In this document: piece after piece, positions 6,604-7,519 of the stretch
Numbering within the stretch: the first letter of the stretch is position 1
How the letters are laid out: each line of letters opens with the position of its first letter
DNA from: Vitrella brassicaformis CCMP3155
Taxonomy: Eukaryota > Protista > Chromerida
Direction of reading: 5' to 3'
Assembly (NCBI GenBank): GCA_001179505.1
Contig: CDMY01000976.1
Location: 1-7,519 of the forward strand
Length of the DNA stretch: 7,519 nt
Translations under genes and position numbers: made by a program
The notes under the pieces: model-generated
The model's database searches: none
The model's input: the letters and a program-made list of their open reading frames with translations, nothing else
What the model was told of the DNA's origin: nothing

Positions 6604-6665
6604 TAACCACCCTCCAGCTCAGCTTTCAGCCTAGAGCACACTTCGTGAAACTGATCTGAGCTGTC

Positions 6666-7260
6666 GTGTGCATGGTGTTCTCAGGTTGGGTGTGTCGTGT
6701 GGTTGTTGGGTTTTGGCTTGTACGTACCGGGAACACTACTCACTACTACTGGTACGCACCGATTCATGAGATGCGGACCATCCATCACCTCACTCTGTGT
6801 TTGGATGGTGTGCTGGTGCAGGGTGTCGTTCCATGGTGTGTCTGGCTGACTGGGTTACCACGAGTGTGTTACCCTACACTGCTGGTATGTCACCCGCACG
6901 CAGGCCATCACATATGGCTTACTCCATCCATCACCTCTCTCTCTCTCTCTCTCTCTCTCGCTGTGCGTGTGGATGGTGGTGCAGGGTGACCTTACGTCTG
7001 TGGTGTCGTGTTTGGTGTGGGTGGGCCATCAGGGCATACGGTGCATGGACCGCTGGTACGCTATTCGCCCCACCCCTACACACACAGCGCTGTCCATCTC
7101 ACCTATGGTGTTGTGTGTGGCTGGTGTCATGTGTGTGGTGTGGTGGTGCAGTTTTGTGTTGTTTGACTCTCGTGCGGACCTCTGCGTGTATACCACTATA
7201 CGTCTGCGGTGACACTCGTGTATACACATTCACCCGGCACTACCACACGTATTGCAATAG
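6666..7260 (+). repeat. Degenerate tandem exon-intron modules (period about 135-170 nt); possibly part of a spliced gene
   Basis: CTG|GTAY donors at 6752, 6885 and 7056. GGTGCAG acceptors end at 6821, 6984 and 7151. CCATCCATCACCTC occurs at 6778 and 6924, with a variant at 7094. One splice path (6685-6751, 6822-6884, 6985-7055, 7152-7212) stays open, but stops are rare in GT-rich sequence, so this is weak support. Confidence 0.55.
6935..6959. repeat. (CT)12 microsatellite
   Basis: Seen directly, inside the intron-like interval 6885-6984. Confidence 0.95.
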
Positions 7261-7519
7261 ATGAGTTTGCCAGGCCGTGGAGCACACCTTTGTGCTTGTT
7301 TCTGTCAGAAGTGCAAGTCGGTCCAGGGTTTAGGGTCTAGGGTTCATAGACCGACGATCCACTGATCTGTGAGACAGGACGGCTGTTGAGTCTTTGTCCG
7401 TTCCATGAGACAGGCCATGGGGGACAGAACGTCAGACAGAATGGACTGACGCATACTACATGTCCTACGTGGACTCTCCACAAAATCCACAGACCTTACG
7501 TTGCATTGACTTAATCCTC

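Noticed and set aside
7325-7344. AGGGTTTAGGGTCTAGGGTT, TTTAGGG-like repeats
   Set aside because: Fewer than three imperfect units, about 1 kb from the retroelement; no evidence of a telomere or a telomere-targeted insertion.

Overview
Eukaryotic, intron-rich genomic DNA with short GT-AG introns (mostly 60-105 nt, often with TAG acceptors). I see no prokaryotic operons, RNA genes or CRISPR array. The organism cannot be identified from the sequence; a unicellular holozoan such as a choanoflagellate is plausible but unproven. Two elements are well supported. (1) A four-exon minus-strand gene (2677->1749) encodes a secreted single-domain C-type lectin with a QPD motif and two unusual insertions. 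(2) A 5'-truncated CRE-like non-LTR retrotransposon with a restriction-like endonuclease (RLE) occupies 5198-6272. It is flanked by a perfect 10-bp target-site duplication (TCATGCATTG), and its catalytic core falls in a 300-N gap. It interrupts copy 3 of a diverged tandem repeat (copies at 4597, 5031 and 5156/6283), so copy 1 acts as an in-window empty site confirming both junctions. The repeat also carries a small ORF with coding-like divergence. Weaker signals are a spliced minus-strand gene at 1150->39, a spliced plus-strand gene at 3807-4429, a long hairpin at 604-661, and two related clusters (2884-3310, 6666-7260) of short exon-like segments separated by mutually similar introns. Most ORFs in the supplied track are antisense or intron read-through artefacts.
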